A stretch of DNA of 62,966 bases, the filler included, from Octopus bimaculoides (lineage: Eukaryota), in assembly GCF_001194135.2 (NCBI RefSeq). It is 4 parts of 4 records of this genome, joined end to end, with 100 filler letters (N's around TTAATTAATTAA, not from the genome) between each part and the next. Parts side by side here need not be neighbours in the genome. Positions count along the whole stretch, not along the records: positions 61,680 to 62,966 come from NW_026323164.1; 3 more parts are not named here. One strand, written 5' to 3'. Positions within the stretch are counted from its first letter, which is position 1, and each line of letters starts with the position of its first letter. A program made the position numbers and the translations under genes. Below, piece after piece: positions 61,993 to 62,966 of this stretch. The notes beneath the pieces are model-generated. The model did no database searches. It was not told the origin of the DNA and saw only the letters and a list, made by a program, of their open reading frames with translations.

Positions 61993-62339
61993 CCAAGTAT
62001 TTGTGGTAACTTTGTAAGTTTTGTGTGTTGTTCATACATAGAGACATAATATGTTTCCTTGGTAGGTGTAGAGACTACATTTTTGTGTTGTTTAAGGAGA
62101 CTAGTTTGTTATTTCCATCAATGGAAAATGGTTGTGGAAGTCACATGTATAAGCGTAGCTTGTGGCATGCAGGCTGTATGCATATGTAAGTGTGTGTGTG
62201 TGTGTGTGTAAAGCTTAAGGAAGTGTAAAGGAAGGTATTGTTTGGGTAAAAAGGTGCAGAGATAGATCTAACAGCAAGGTTTATAGTGTTGAGATAGAAG
62301 TGTGTGGCACGTATAACTGAACTTTGTAGTATACCAGAG

Positions 62340-62393
<54 letters not shown>

Positions 62394-62565
62394 NNNNNNN
62401 NNNNNNNNNNNNNNNNNNNNNAAACATTACAGTCTTGGCAACATGTCTGTAGCCATGTCTGTTTGTAGAATTGTAAATAGGGATGTATTTAAGGCTTGTT
62501 TAGAGATTTCACTGTGGCAGGAACCTTACAATTTTGCAAATTTTATAATGTGGTGAGAAAGAGAG
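61833..62565 (+). repeat. Direct duplication of ~115 bp with ~620-bp period, each copy followed by (GA)n
   Basis: ccatgtctgtttg...gggatgtatttaaggcttgtttagagatttcactgtggcagg at 61833 and 62453. Confidence 0.85.
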
Positions 62566-62966
62566 AGAAAGAAGTATAAATACAAGTTGTAATACAATGA
62601 AATGTAAGGAGACAGTCAATCCAATTGATACAAGAAAACAGTTGCAGTATTATTAAGAACACAAAGAAAATAGTTTATAAAAATATAGGAAAATATTTTG
62701 CAATGATATATATTTTAAGTATACAGATATTGATTGTAAAATGATTCAATGAATGTTGCTGATTAAAACAGAAAATCTTCAAATAGAAATTTGTTTCACA
62801 AAATAATTATGAAATTAATTGAATCTTTTTTTCAAATTAATTGTAAGTAAAACAATGTAAATCATGTTCATACAAAGTATTTCTGTTTTGTTTTTCACAC
62901 TAAATAACAACTATAATAATGTGAAGCATTTTAGTGTGTAGAAATGAGATGATAATATTTCTGATC

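Overview
AT-rich, microsatellite-dense eukaryotic DNA made almost entirely of decayed transposable elements. The SINE families, the (TA)n/(CA)n/(GATA)n/(AAT)n load and the gap style suggest an octopod cephalopod, probably Octopus; this is inference. No host protein-coding gene, RNA gene or CRISPR array can be supported, and most listed ORFs are artefacts of microsatellites or N-runs. Recognisable elements: two CR1/Crack-like LINE 3' ends, RTE-like and R4/Dong-like fragments, three Penelope-like GIY-YIG retroelement fossils, six IS630-Tc1-mariner fossils (DD34D, DD37D/maT and DD41D-like), a rearranged hAT transposase, MITEs, a Helentron/HINE-like element and several tRNA-type SINE families. The window is four scaffolds joined by synthetic 100-bp N44-TTAATTAATTAA-N44 spacers. 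The most interesting signals are structural. They include hammerhead-ribozyme-like motifs in Penelope-type terminal repeats and a 42-bp-stem hairpin cassette inserted with a 10-bp target duplication into a Penelope ORF. There is also a ~116-nt palindrome, a SINE that appears to insert twice at the same site in its own head, and close inverted SINE pairs that could form dsRNA. I found no clearly new multi-gene system.
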